A stretch of 64,000 nucleotides of DNA from Marsupella aquatica (Eukaryota > Plantae > Marchantiophyta). Location of the stretch: NCBI GenBank assembly GCA_973895155.1, contig OZ316893.1, positions 9,301,839 through 9,365,838 on the forward strand, given 5' to 3'. Below the pieces are notes generated by a model. The model searched no databases. It was not told where the DNA came from and saw only the letters and a program-made list of their open reading frames with translations. Every line of letters starts with the position of its first letter. Position 1 is the stretch's first letter. A program made the position numbers and the translations under genes. Shown one piece after another: positions 14,198 through 26,466 of the stretch.

Positions 14198-14209
14198 TGG
14201 TATCAGAGC
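14198..14209 (+). promoter_or_regulatory. Primer-binding site complementary to tRNA-iMet
   Basis: TGGTATCAGAGC, 2 nt after the 5' LTR. Confidence 0.95.
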
Positions 14210-15056
14210 AAGCCTGGGAGGTGACATTGAGGTGATCAAAATTTTCGTGACGTGTTGGTGACGATTTTTCCAGCGGTTAGAGTCGGTGGATTTCATGGAG
14301 TTCTGTCGCATGGAACTTGGAGGTGTTGGGCTCAACGGATAGATCGGGGCAAGGGCTTTCTGACAGTGCAAAGAAATCTCTGAACATAGTTCGTGGTGCG
14401 GAGGAATTCATGTTTCCGTCGTTCTGGATTTTTTGTGATTCGTGTTCGACGGTTTTCTTCGACGGTTCTTTTGGGGGGGAACTAAGATCATTTTCTCGAC
14501 AGTGTGAGCTTTGTGGTGCGCGAGGCGTCACAACCTTTAGCTCAAATCGTAGATCGGGCAAAGTTGATCATTTCGGTAGCTGGTTTGCTATCGAGGGTGT
14601 AGTGAGTGCGATGTACCAAGCAAAAGAGCCGTTCTGAGTTTCTGACTGGCTATGGAGTCTTCTCTTGACTGAAGCAGGGTTTCTTGTCATTGCGTTCGAC
14701 TCGGAGGAAGAAACGGGAAGTGCAACGGCTCAACGGAGAGATCGCGGTGCAGTGGTCATTTTGAGTCCAAGATTGACACTTCACGAGGAGTAAAGAAGTC
14801 ATGACGGGAATTTTTTACTCTGCTAGAGTTGTAAACGGTGCCGGTGCAATTCGGTAACATTTCCCGTCGACAACTAGTCTTTATCTGGTGTAAAGTGATA
14901 ACGGCAGTGTGAGTAACCCAACAAATTTATTTTTTCTGCAAATTTTGCCTTAGAATAGGGCCTTTTTTCGTGGTGTGTAAACACACCCTCCCGACCCTTG
15001 CACCCCCGTCAATACCCCGTCGGCAACCCCTCCTTCTCCTTGCTAATACTCCCATC

Positions 15057-15212
15057 GCGGTCGTCTCGGACGTCGCGGCCGGCGCGGACGTCCCGACACG
15101 GACGTCCCGACACGGACGTCCCGACCGTCGCAGCCGGCGTCCCGCACGGACGTCCCGACCGTCGCAGCCGGCGCGGACCGTCGCGGACGTCCCAGAAGTT
15201 CCGGCCGTCGCA
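15057..15212. repeat. GC/CpG-rich tandem repeat in the retrotransposon leader
   Basis: Recurrent CGGACGTCCCGAC(A/C) and CCGTCGCAGCCGGCG units. Confidence 0.9.
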
Positions 15213-15936
15213 GCTCCATCCCTGCCCATTCCGACTCGGTTTTTTACTCCCCGGCCCCCTCTGCACTGCCTAGCCCGTCACGCGTATAGGCGACGCGGAT
15301 GCGCCTTTTTTAAGACAATATTTTTGTGTTAAGGGGCTTAAACCCCCTTAGGCCCGGTTTTTTAATCCTTTCCAGGCTCCTCATTGGTTAAGCGGCATCC
15401 CGGGCCCGGTGACCCACCAAATTAACCGCTTGGACAGGGGGAACGGCCCCCTGTGAGACCTGTTGCACAGTCCAAGGAATATTCCAAAAAAACAGAGAGC
15501 TGTTTTTTGGCCTTTAGTCAAAGATTCCAAGGTCCGAACGGTAACTTTTTCGGATCTTTTTTGGCGAGAACGTAGCCACTGAAGCTAGCAACGCGGTGCA
15601 CCACTCAATTTCCATTTCCGACGACGGGTGGTACTTGGAATTTTTCTTATTCCCCGAGGTGGTCAAAACGGGGGAGAATTTTTGAGTTTTACCCACCCCG
15701 ACCGAAACGTGAAAAAGTTTTTCGTTGGAACTCAATTTTGATTTTGGATTTCAGCGTTGGCTTGCTAGGTTGGTGGGCTAAGTGGCGGTGACAAGTTTCA
15801 AGTTTTTTGGAAAGTTGCAAAAAATGATATTTTTTCGTGATTTGGATTTGAGTCAACGAGAAGGAAGGAAGGAAAAAGCGATAAAAGCATATAGGGAGCA
15901 GCACAGCAATAGCACGTGGAGAACGTTGGAAGGACA

Positions 15937-18900
15937 ATGATGGCATCCAAGTTTGGCGGTGTCAAGTTTGAGGTGGAAAAATATGATGGGCGCACAGATT
16001 ATTTGCTATGGGAGAAGCAGGTTAAGGGAATTCTTCGTGCTATGGGCCTAGATCATCTGCTATTGACTCCGTTGGGGAAATGGAGGCAAGAGCAAGTGAT
16101 TGCTGTGAATGCGGTTATGTTGTATCTGAAGCCGCATATCATTAAGAAGCTGGAAGACTACGAGGATTGCGTATCCTTATTCAAGGCCCTCAGAGAGAAG
16201 TACTACCGAGAGGATGCCTCAGATCGGTTGTACAAGAAGTCTCTCTTGATGAGCTTGAGGCTAAAAGAAGGAGGCAAGCTTCGAGATCACTTGGATGAAT
16301 TCGACAGCCTAGCTGTAGATTTGTCAAATCTTGGCAAGGGAGTGGAAGATGAAGATAAGGCATTGCTTCTTCTCAGTTCCTTACCCCCATCGTATCAAGG
16401 TTTGAAGCAGGTTCTCTTGTATAGAGATCTCAAAATCATTTCATATGATGAGGTGGTAAGCTCTTTGCTGTCAGATGATGCACAGAAGAAACTGGGTCAT
16501 GCCCAGACACCATCTTCATCTGGCAGTGCATTGAATGTGAACCGCGGGAGGACTCAACAGCGGATGACTGGTGAAAACAGGTCCTTTTCACAAACGTATC
16601 CCTCACGGAATAGAGGTAAGGAGAAGGCTCGGTCTAAGTCTAGATCCAGGTCTAGAGAGAAATCTCTAGAAAGGAAACCAATTATATGTTGGAAATGTAA
16701 CAAGCCTGGCCACATGAAACGAGACTGTCGAGTCAAGCAGACTCATCAACCATCAGCGAACGCAGCCACTGATGTTGATATGATTGACTTGCTTGATGAT
16801 AAAATCTTGTGAAGTCCAGATGTTGCCCTTTGCATTTCATCCAGTAACAACGGTGATGAATGGATTTTAGATTATGCCTGTACCTATCATATTTGTTGTA
16901 TGAAAGAGTTTTTTACTTCTTACTCAATATCAACCGGTTCCGTGTTGATGGGGAATGATCATCCTTGTCAAATTGTTGGAATTGGATCCGTGAAAATTCG
17001 GATGTTTGATAGAGCTGTGCGAACAGTGAGTAATGTCAGACACATACCTGACATGAAAAAGAACTTGATTTCTCTTGGAATGCTGGAAGCAAATGGATGT
17101 CGGTGGAGTTCTGCTGATGGTATTCTTCAAGTGTCAACCGGAGGCAAGGTTGTCATGAAGGGTAAGCGGCACAGGAATCTATATTTGTTGGAGGGCAACG
17201 TGATTTGTGAAGAAGCCAATGTAACTAGATCTCAAGGCGAGATGACTCAGTTATGGCACTGCAGATTGGGACACATGAGTGAAAAGAGCTTGGCGGTACT
17301 TCACAGGAACGGACTTCTTTCTAATTTGGAATCTACTAAGCTAGATTTTTGTGAACACTATGTGCTTGGGAAGCAGCACAGGAGATCCTTTGGTGTTGGA
17401 ACTCACAATACCAAAGCTATACTTGAGTATGTACATAGTGATGTGTGGGGTCCAGCCCCAACTCCCTCACTTTCTGGAAAATTGTACTATGTCACGTTCA
17501 TTGATGATTACTCACGGTATGTGTGGATCACATTTCTACACGCCAAGTCTGAAGTTTTTGGCACTTTTAAGAAGTGGAAAGCCCAAATTAAGAATCAGAC
17601 TGGATCCAAGGTGAGATATCTGCGATCAGATAACGGCGGGGAGTACAGTTCAAGTGAATTTGAACTATATTGTGCAGAGCAAGAGATTACTCGTCATCTC
17701 ACGACAGTTTATACTCCTCAATAGAATGGTGTTTGTGAGCAGCTAAACCGAACACTATTGGAGTGATCAAGGAGTATGTTGAGCCAATCAGGTTTACCGC
17801 ATGAATTTTGGGCTGAAGCTATAAATACGGCAGCTTGTTTGGTAAATCTTTCTCCTTCAAGTGCAATCAATTTCAAAACGCCGTTTGAAATGAGGTATGG
17901 ACGGCACGCAGACTATCAGGTTTTGAGAGTCTTTGGAAGTGATGCATATGCTCTCACACCTAAGCAGAATCGATCTAAACTAGATTCTACTTCCAAGAAG
18001 TGTCTTTTTCTTGGTTATCAACCAGGTGTGAAAGGTTACAGGCTATGGGATCCAGAAGCTTGTACGTTGTTTGTCAGTAGAGATGTATCCTTTAATGAAT
18101 CCAGATCATCAAAGGAGGGGGAGAATGCTCAGGCTTCCCGTACTGACAAAGGTAAATCTCCTATCCTGGACCATGTTGTGGGGGAGATTGGTCATGAGAG
18201 TTTTCATGACATAAATGAAGGAGGTGCTCCGAGAATGGAGCTGGTTCCGGTGTTGGAACAAGAGGAGCAAGTTGTTGTTGGAATACCTCAAATTCAACCA
18301 ACTGAACAAGATCAAACAGAATCATCAGCTAGAAAATCAAGACGTACTACTCGAGCTCCTACAAGGTATGGACAATGGACATATTCATCAAGGTTAGATG
18401 ATGTTGACATTGCACCTGAAGATGATGATAGAGCACTGATCTTGGAAGAAGGAGAACCTTCTTCTTATCATGAGGCGTGCATTTCAGACGAGAAAGATGA
18501 ATGGAATGCAGCGATGCAGAGGGAGTTGCAATCTTTAAGTGACAACAAAACATGGGAGCTGGTGCAACTGCCAAGTGATCAACAAGTGGTGGATAGCAAG
18601 TGGATTTACAAGCTGAAGGACAACTCTTCAGATGGAGGAGACAAGATATACAAGGCAAGGCTTGTTGCCAAGGGATTCACTCAAGAGAAGGGAGTGGATT
18701 ACAATGAGGTCTTCTCTCCAGTTGCCAAGTATTCCACGATACGAATTTTGTGTCAACTTGTTGTGTTTTTTGATCTGGTGTTAGATCAAATGGATGTTGT
18801 TATTGCTTTTCTCTATGGCACCTTGGAAGAACAAATTTTCATGAGGCAACCACTGGGCTTTGTGAAGAAGGGCTAAGAGAGTTTAGTTTGCAGGTTGCTT

Positions 18901-20040
18901 AAGTCCTTGTATGGATTGAAGCAAGCTCCTCGACAGTGGAACAAGCGGTTTGATGATTTCATGCTTGCACAAGGATTCACTAGGATGGTGTATGACCCTT
19001 GTGTGTATACGAAATCAGTCAAGAATGGTGTGTTTGGTTTGCTCATTCTAGTGCTCTATGTGGATGACATGTTGATTGCGGCTAAGGATCAAACTGAGGT
19101 TGACAAACTCAAAGCAAAATTGAGTTATGAATTCCGAATGAAGGATCTTGGGAAAGCCAAGAGGATCTTAGGTATAGAGATTACGAGGAACTTTGAAACT
19201 GGACAATTGTGACTGAATCAAGGCAAGTATGCTGAAAAAGTACTTGCAAGATTCAACATGGAAAATTGTAAGCCAGTAAGTATTCCTTTGGCTCCACATT
19301 TCAAGTTATCATCGGCTTTCTGGCCCACGGATCCAGTGGAGAGAGGCTTGATGACTAAGGTTCCATATGAGAAGGCAGTGGGCAGTCTAATGTATTTGAT
19401 GACATGTACCAGGTCTGATCTAGCCCTAGCAATGGGCAAAGTGAGTAGATTCATGTCAAATCTAGGGAAAGTACATTGGGAGGCTGTGAAATGGATTCTC
19501 AGGTATCTTAAGGGCACAATAGACTATGGTCTGTTGTTTGATAGTAGATCAAACAAAACCAAATCTTTGGTTGGCTATGTAGATTCTGACTACGGAGGCT
19601 GTCTGGAAACAAGGAGGTCAACGACTTGGTATGTGTTTACTCTTGGAAGAGGATGCATAAGTTGGAGATCTACCTTGCAAAAGTGTGTATCTCAGTCTAC
19701 TACAAAAACAGAATATGTTGCAGCAGCAGAAGCAGCAAAGGAAGCAATTTGGTTGGATAAGCTGGTCACTGAGATGGGATTGGAGCATGGAAAAATGACT
19801 CTTCATTGTGACAGTCAAAGTGCGCTTCACCTAGCTATTAACCAAGTTATGGATAGCAGGGTGAAACACATTGACATCAGGTACCATTTTATTAGGCAAG
19901 CAGTGTCTGATAAAATGTTTCAGCTAGTCAAGATTGATGGAAAGCTCAACCCGGCTGATGTTTTTACCAAAGTGATTCATTTGGAGAGTTACTCAAGACA
20001 CCGTGCTACTTTGCAAGTTTTGCATTTGCAGCACAAGTAG
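15937..20040 (+). pseudogene. copia gag-pol polyprotein in a single frame interrupted by five stop codons
   Basis: Gag KFEVEKYDG..LLLSSLP; zinc knuckle CWKCNKPGHMKRDC; PR WILDYACTYH; INT WHCRLGH, VHSDVWG, LRSDNGGEY; RT YKARLVAKG, LYGLKQAPRQW, LYVDDM; RH GYVDSDY, HCDSQSA, KHIDIRYHF. Stops at 16810, 17722, 17764, 18874 and 19210, all in the same frame. Confidence 0.95.
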
Positions 20041-20233
20041 AATAACTTAACAATATGTAATTTCTGTATATGGGTTACTCAATCATGTTATGGCTACGGC
20101 TTAATTCTAGTTAACCCTTAGTTAACCTTAAATGGTTTTTAGGGGGACACCTATGGTTTTAGGTGATTGTCTAGAATTTTCCGATGAGTATCTCATATGG
20201 ATAGCAGAAATTGCAGTCCCCAAGACTAGAGTC

Positions 20234-20242
20234 AAGGGGGAG
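20234..20242 (+). promoter_or_regulatory. Polypurine tract
   Basis: AAGGGGGAG just before the 3' LTR. Confidence 0.9.
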
Positions 20243-20244
20243 TT

Positions 20245-20576
20245 TGTTAAGGATTGCTCTTAGTCTTGTGACTCATAGGTTACGGCACTTAGGCTAACCA
20301 CAGTTAGGATCTTAACTGAGGTTAGGTTAGTCGTGTGTGACCTTGTATATACCAGGGCTAGTGTAAGCCGCTGCTGTGTGGTGCTTACTCATTGTAATAG
20401 AGCAACTTGAGGAAGAGGGAGAGGATGTGTGTTCGTCTACTCTTGAAGTAAAGCTTGAGTGTTCGTGTGGACGTAGCCTTGGAGAAGAGGTGAACCACGT
20501 AGAGATTGTGTCGACTACGTGTGCATGGAATGAGTCATGGTTGTATGGTCGTTGCGAATGACGTCTTAGTTCAACA
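20245..20576 (+). repeat. 3' LTR
   Basis: 332-bp copy of 13864-14195, followed by the TSD CTTTC. Confidence 0.97.
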
Positions 20577-23449
20577 CTTTCAAGGGCAAGGGCCGCAAAG
20601 TTTGCAGCTCTTTCCATCCCCACCTTGCAATCTCATATTAAACAAAATGAAATACTTGCCTTAGCCAATTGTGTGCAGATTTTGCATGTCAATTTTGACG
20701 ACAATTCAAGAGTCCTAAGGGCCACATTTTTTAATGATGGCACATGCAAGGCAGCCCTCAGTCTTTGATGTGGAGCCAATGGGATCACCAAGTTTCCAAG
20801 CATACGACTTTGGTGATCGAGCCAATGAGATCCCCAAGTTTCCTAACACAGGAGAAGCATTCAGACATCACGAGCACTTTGTGAAGTGTTGTCCATAGCT
20901 CTTGTCCGTAGCTCTTGGCGCCAAAACAAGAGGGACAGCAGATCAGTGGGCATGGGGACTCCTGAATCCATAAGAGCTATTTCATCCCTTCTGATCCAAA
21001 AGAAATATGCCTTCTATAGTTGGCATTTACTATCATCATGGGTTTGTCACACTTGCTCTTCAGTTGGAGGGGCATTCAACCCTAGGCTCATTTGCTGATC
21101 TCAAAATTTTATCTGGAAACATCAAACTAAAGTACATATAATTTACAGATGTCTGTATAGGCTCAAACATGATTTAAGTCCAAAATATCAGACTTGGTTC
21201 TTTTCTGAATAGTTCATCTTTTAACCTTCCTTCAAACTGAGCACGCTAGCATTTCTCTCAGATTCTTTCCTGCTCTCTCCCCTTTATTTGCACCCTAACA
21301 CTAGTGACGCAAAGAACTCCAGACCAATGAAAAGGAATGATTTCACAGAATTTCAGGAACCCTTAACCCCTTTGCTGCATCCCTGGCTGCATGGCCAAGT
21401 CAAACTGCAATGACTCGAACAATTCCCTTGTGGGTAATACCAATGGTGGGTGCTGACCTACATGCTACATGTACAGTTGTGCTTGCGGACACCAGGCCAC
21501 TCAATTTGCTTGATTGAATTCTATTGTCTCTCAAACTCCACATCTATCTCATATGCAGCTGGTGCTACCTTGTTCAGGAGCCTACTCAGGTCATTTGTAT
21601 TATTGCAAAAATCACTCTATTAATTAAAAGTGTATTTTATTTTGTTCATTTTTAGGCCTCTAAATGTTCACTTTTTGGTCTCCAAATGTACACTTTTTAA
21701 CCCCAAAAGGTACAATATAGTATACTACTCTACACCTAAATGATCAATTGTAAACTTGAGGGTGCAAAAATGATCTTTACTAGAAGGAGTCTCATCCTAG
21801 TTCATTTACAAAGGATGAACATGGTGGTACATTTGATGGCAAGCATCTTTATTTCTGGTCCAATTGTACACTTTTTGAAAGCCAAATGTACACTTTTTGT
21901 TACCCAAATGTTCATAAATTGAATAATAATTCCCTTTTAATGAATAGATTGATAAAAACAATTTCTGTATATTTGTTTCAATTTATTTATCTAAAATGCT
22001 AATATCTTCCCAAGGAATGTGAGAAACAAACATTTTCAAGATAAAGCCAAATCCTCCCGGCTTAACTATTGTACAACTCAAAGTTCTGTTTCCTAAATCT
22101 ATGATTTTGAGTGACTTATGTGTCGCTGACCTAAGTCATTATGAGAAAAATATAGAAGGCTTACCATTTTTTGAAAGGGACTCATAATAGTTTAGAAGCA
22201 ATCGTGTATTAGAAAAATGGCATGTGGGGATGGACGTTGGGCCAACATTTTGTAAAGCAACAGCATTGAGGCACGAGTATCAAGTCACCGAAAATTTATT
22301 TGTTCTTGCTTTAAAGGGGTCAACTAAAAAAATTCTTCCGAACTCCAAAAGATGATGATTAATTATTTTTCTCAAAATGATAATCCTTTTGAGCAGAAAA
22401 TACTACAAGGCCAAGTATTGTACTCTCATTTTTTGGTGATCTGACACTTTTAGGTATCTTAAAGAATTTTTTTCTCATTTATCTAGATACAATAGTACTG
22501 GAAGCTCTTTATTGCCGTTTGGGGAAGATCGCAACCCAATCGTGCTCTCCTTGCATGGAAAAGGCTAATACAGTTACATGAAAGTATCTCGAATAGGAAC
22601 AAAACTTGCTGTCTTTGAATTTGCCCCAATGCGTCAATATCCAAGCAAAGTTTTTTTAAATGGCATTTGCCAAATGCCTCCCAAAAAGAGGGTGACTTGC
22701 TTTGTTCACTGTATCACCAGGCACTACTGTACCTCTACTCATCATGGTCTAATTTAGCTCACTATCCAATACTTCATGTACTGTTTTGCACATGATCAAG
22801 ATTCCTCCCATCTCATATTTCATTTTTTTTCACGTACTCTATAAAATCCTCGAGTATTTCAAGCAAGTGATTGAAAGTTTGACTGATTTGATCAATTTAG
22901 ATGCCAGTTTTGTCCCCAAAGTCGGCGTCCCTACAGCTTGTCTGCTAAAAGTAGGTTTCCCTCAAGCCTATCCGCTCAGCTATGGCTTTTTGTAAAGGAA
23001 AGTACTGTACGTGGCAGCTGACACCACAAGTTTCTTGGGACATACGACCTTGATATCATTAGACAATTTGTGACCTTATGAGGACCACCTTGAGTGAGCC
23101 CAGGTCCTCGTTTTAGCTTTTCAAACACCTATCCACTGAAATTAGGGGTCAGCCCAAAGGTGATTTCCTTGTGATGCGGACATCATTAGGATGTCTCAAA
23201 TCAGCTATGCCAGATTTTCCAGTGACAGGAATGCTACTTGTCAGGCATGGGTCAAAATCTGTGAATCAAAATATGACATATACTATGTAAATATGACATA
23301 TACTATGTATGACACCCTTGCATACAGTGATAATATTAGTTTTTCCCTTTCAATCAATTAATGCAGCCACATTTTGATATGTGATTACCAGCAAGGAAAA
23401 TCTGTGGTTCCCAAAAAAGCCCTCGTCAGTGCATTGGCTTATGACCAAA

Positions 23450-23612
23450 GTCTACGTGAATACCTCTACACACTTCAGGAAAATGACCAATTTTGAAATT
23501 TGATATATAAGTGGGTGTTGCACCCTTTATTGGTCTACCTGAATACCTCTACACTCTTCAGGAAAATGACCAATTTTGAAATTTGATATATAAATGGGTG
23601 TTGCTCCCTTTA
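23450..23612. repeat. 83-bp tandem duplication
   Basis: GAATACCTCTACAC.CTTCAGGAAAATGACCAATTTTGAAATTTGATATATAA.TGGGTGTTGC occurs at 23458 and 23541. Confidence 0.92.
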
Positions 23613-24013
23613 CTGAACACTACCTGGTACTAGCCCTGATTACCCTTTTTTGAACATGAATAGTTTGGAACTTGAATAAGTAGGAGTATAATAAAAATGT
23701 CACCAAAATACATTCCTTCTTTACATTCTTTGAACTAGTGAATGATGTGATTAAGAAAATCATCATGTATGTCATCTTTTAATACATAAGAGACTCTTTT
23801 CTATGCACATTTCAATTTCTATACACATATGTTATGGTGGGGCCATAGAACTCATTTTTTAACGTAAATAGAATTCATAACAAAAAGCATGCATGATTGT
23901 CATTTGATATACATTATAATCATGAGTTTTCTCATCCACATGATGAACCATGGAATTATGGTCTGGAGTCTTCACTCTAGAAGCCTAGGCCCCAACTCTA
24001 ACTTATAGTTGGA

Positions 24014-26466
24014 CTAGCTCAATACCCGTGCGTTGCACAAAAGATGTCGTGACGGCCAAGATGTTGTTGAGAACAAAAGATGTTGTGTCGGCCTAGAGGT
24101 TGTTGAGAAGAAAGATGACGTGTCGGCCAAGAGGTTGTTGAGAAGAAAGATGTCGTGTCGCCCAAGATGTCGTTGAAAACAAAAGATGTTGTGTTGGCCA
24201 AGAAGTCATTGAGAACAGAAGATGTTGTGTCGGCCAAGAGGTTGTTGAGAAGAAAGATGTCGTGCCGGTCATGAGGTTGTGGAAGAAATAGAGGTCGTGT
24301 TGCCAATGATGTCGTAACGCGTTATGCCAAAGGTTTCGTTAAGTATAACAATGTTGTTAAGTACAAAATAGCTCAATACCAATGCGGTGCACAAAAGATG
24401 TTGTGTTGACCAAGATGTCGTTATGTAAAAGATGTCGTTATGTAAAACAATGTAGTTACGAAGTTGTCACGAAGTTGTTTTGCCAAAGATGTAGTTATGT
24501 GAAAGACGTTGTCAAGTAAAAGATGTCGTTAAGAAAAAAGAAGTCATTTTACCAAACATGTCATCAAGTAAAAAGTTGTCATCAAGTAAATAGTTGTTGT
24601 CAAGTAAAAAATTGTCGTTAACAAAAAAGAAGTCATTTTGCCAAAGATGTTGTTATATGAAAGATGTCATGAATAAAAAGCCATCATTGACTAAAAAGAT
24701 GATGTGGTGCCAAATGGTTCGTTATGTGAAAGATACTCTGAAGTAAAAAGATGTCATCTTTGTCGCCCACACCTTGCCATCAATGCCAGTGCCATGATCT
24801 TTATTATGTCTTTAGACCTTATAGTTTTTTAATTTTTTGGCAGTGAAAGTGGCACAAAAAATGAATGTAAAAAATCATCCTAAATATGGGGAGAATTATT
24901 GTTTTATTAATTTGATTATTGTATGTAATCCCTTATTGACTAAAATAGTATCTGAAATTTAACTCCTACCAATATTACACTAAACTATGCACTATCTCAC
25001 TCTATAGAGTATCTACACCTTATTGAGTATGTACAATATTTTCTCCTTGATCCTTGTGCATTGTGTTAGTGACGTCCCTTTTTAGTTTACTTATCCCATT
25101 TGATTCCTCCTACTTGGACATTGGTGTGACTCTTTTCATTCATACTAAACTAAAATTTGTTTATTTATATTCCTTCATTCTACCAGATTTCTTATTTTTT
25201 GTGCCCTTCAAATTTGACTAACAACCATGGCAAAAAAGGGACAACCCTGTATTATAGAAGTTAATAGCTCAATACCCATGAGTTGCACCAAAAATACTGT
25301 TCCATAAAAGATGTCGTTAAGTAAACATATGTCATGGCGTCAGGGATGTCGTTAAGTAAAATATGTCATGTGTAAAAGATGTCATTATGTCAAAGATGTG
25401 GTTACACCAATTGAAATATGTGGGTAAGTAATGGGACATTGTTAGTAAAAGGCATTGTCAAGTAAAATATGTCACTTGACTGTTAACTAAAAAAACTCCA
25501 ATAATATTGTTGATGAGTTAGGGCAGAGGATTGTTGCATTTTGTCAGGTCTCCATGCGCGAGGACAAAAAAAACCTAGTAAGAACCCGGTCCTCGGTCTA
25601 GGCATGAGTCCGAGTCCGAAACGCAAGACCAAGTCCAGGCAAGGGCAAGACCAAGTCCAGGCGAGGGCGAGGGCGGGGACCGGGTGGGTCATCGAGGCAG
25701 GGTTTTAGGGTTGAGTGGGGGAGCGCGAGGACGGGGAGCAGGGTGGGGAGGTGGGAGGGGCAGGAGGGAGTCAGGAGGAGGGGCTGCGAGGTGGGGAGGC
25801 AAAAGGGGGCCTAGAAGGCAGAGGGCGGAGCCAGCTAGCTATGCTGCATGGCCAGCCCTGCCCCAAGCCAGCCAGCCAGCCAGCCAGCATCGGCGGCTGC
25901 AAGCTGGGCAGGGCTGGCCGCCGGGGGGGGGTCGCGAGTTGCAGCGGCTTGGTGCTGACTTTGCGGCACTGCAATCCAAGTGACGGCTTGAGTCTCCACT
26001 TGAGGTTTTTTGTCTTATTGGTTCAATTTTTTCCGGTTTTGATTTTTTTTCATCCAAAATGGCCTGGCAATTTTGAAAGACGACCATGATATAAATTGGT
26101 GCCATAGTGTATTATAGTTTTTGATAATTATCTCAAAAACTATAGAAGATCAATAATACATTTTTGACCTCGTTTTTTACTTGCATTGAAAATAACATTT
26201 TGTTCTCACTTGTGCATTGATGGAAAGTAGAGGGACCTACATTGATCCTTGTGCTTGCATGGGCTTATTTACTAATCATTTCCCGTTTTGGTTGTCTCAT
26301 TTGAGTGTTTCGTGTTTGCAGAGTGTTCGTTCCCCTTTCATTCACACTAAACTTTATTATTTTTTTATTTATTCCTTCCTCTTTTGCTGGAATCTTTTTT
26401 TGGACACTCTATATTTGAATGACGACCATGGTATAAAAGGGTGCAACCTTGTATTATAGTTTAGGA
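24014..26466 (-). mobile_element. Non-autonomous compound Helitron
   Basis: The minus strand starts A|TCCTAAACTATAATA (26466) and ends ..GTGCAACGCACGGGTATTGAGCTAG|T (24014). That gives a TC 5' end, subterminal hairpin, CTAG 3' end and AT target with no TSD. No Rep/Hel ORF. Confidence 0.75.
24040..24760. repeat. Degenerate minisatellite (AAAGATGTCGT core; ~17/33-bp period), recurring at ~25305-25480
   Basis: Repeated AAAGATGT(C/T)GTGTCGGCCAAGAGGTTGTTGAG units that decay rightward. Confidence 0.88.

Larger units (their letters stand above)
13864..20576 (+). mobile_element. Full-length Ty1/copia LTR retrotransposon (Tnt1/Tork-like), coding region inactivated
   Basis: 332-bp LTRs with TG..CA ends, 5-bp TSD CTTTC (13859-13863 and 20577-20581), PBS, PPT, and domain order gag-PR-INT-RT-RH. 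Confidence 0.98.

Noticed and set aside
14927-15332. Overlapping Arg/Pro-rich ORFs in the copia leader
   Set aside because: By-products of a GC-rich tandem repeat that is open in several frames.
20580-23300. Possible decayed transposase-like coding sequence hosting the copia insertion (with 13300-13860)
   Set aside because: Coding-like composition, but all frames are broken and I could not identify a motif.
24040-24300. CRISPR-like periodic array
   Set aside because: Units are contiguous degenerate repeats without unique spacers; eukaryotic context and no cas genes.
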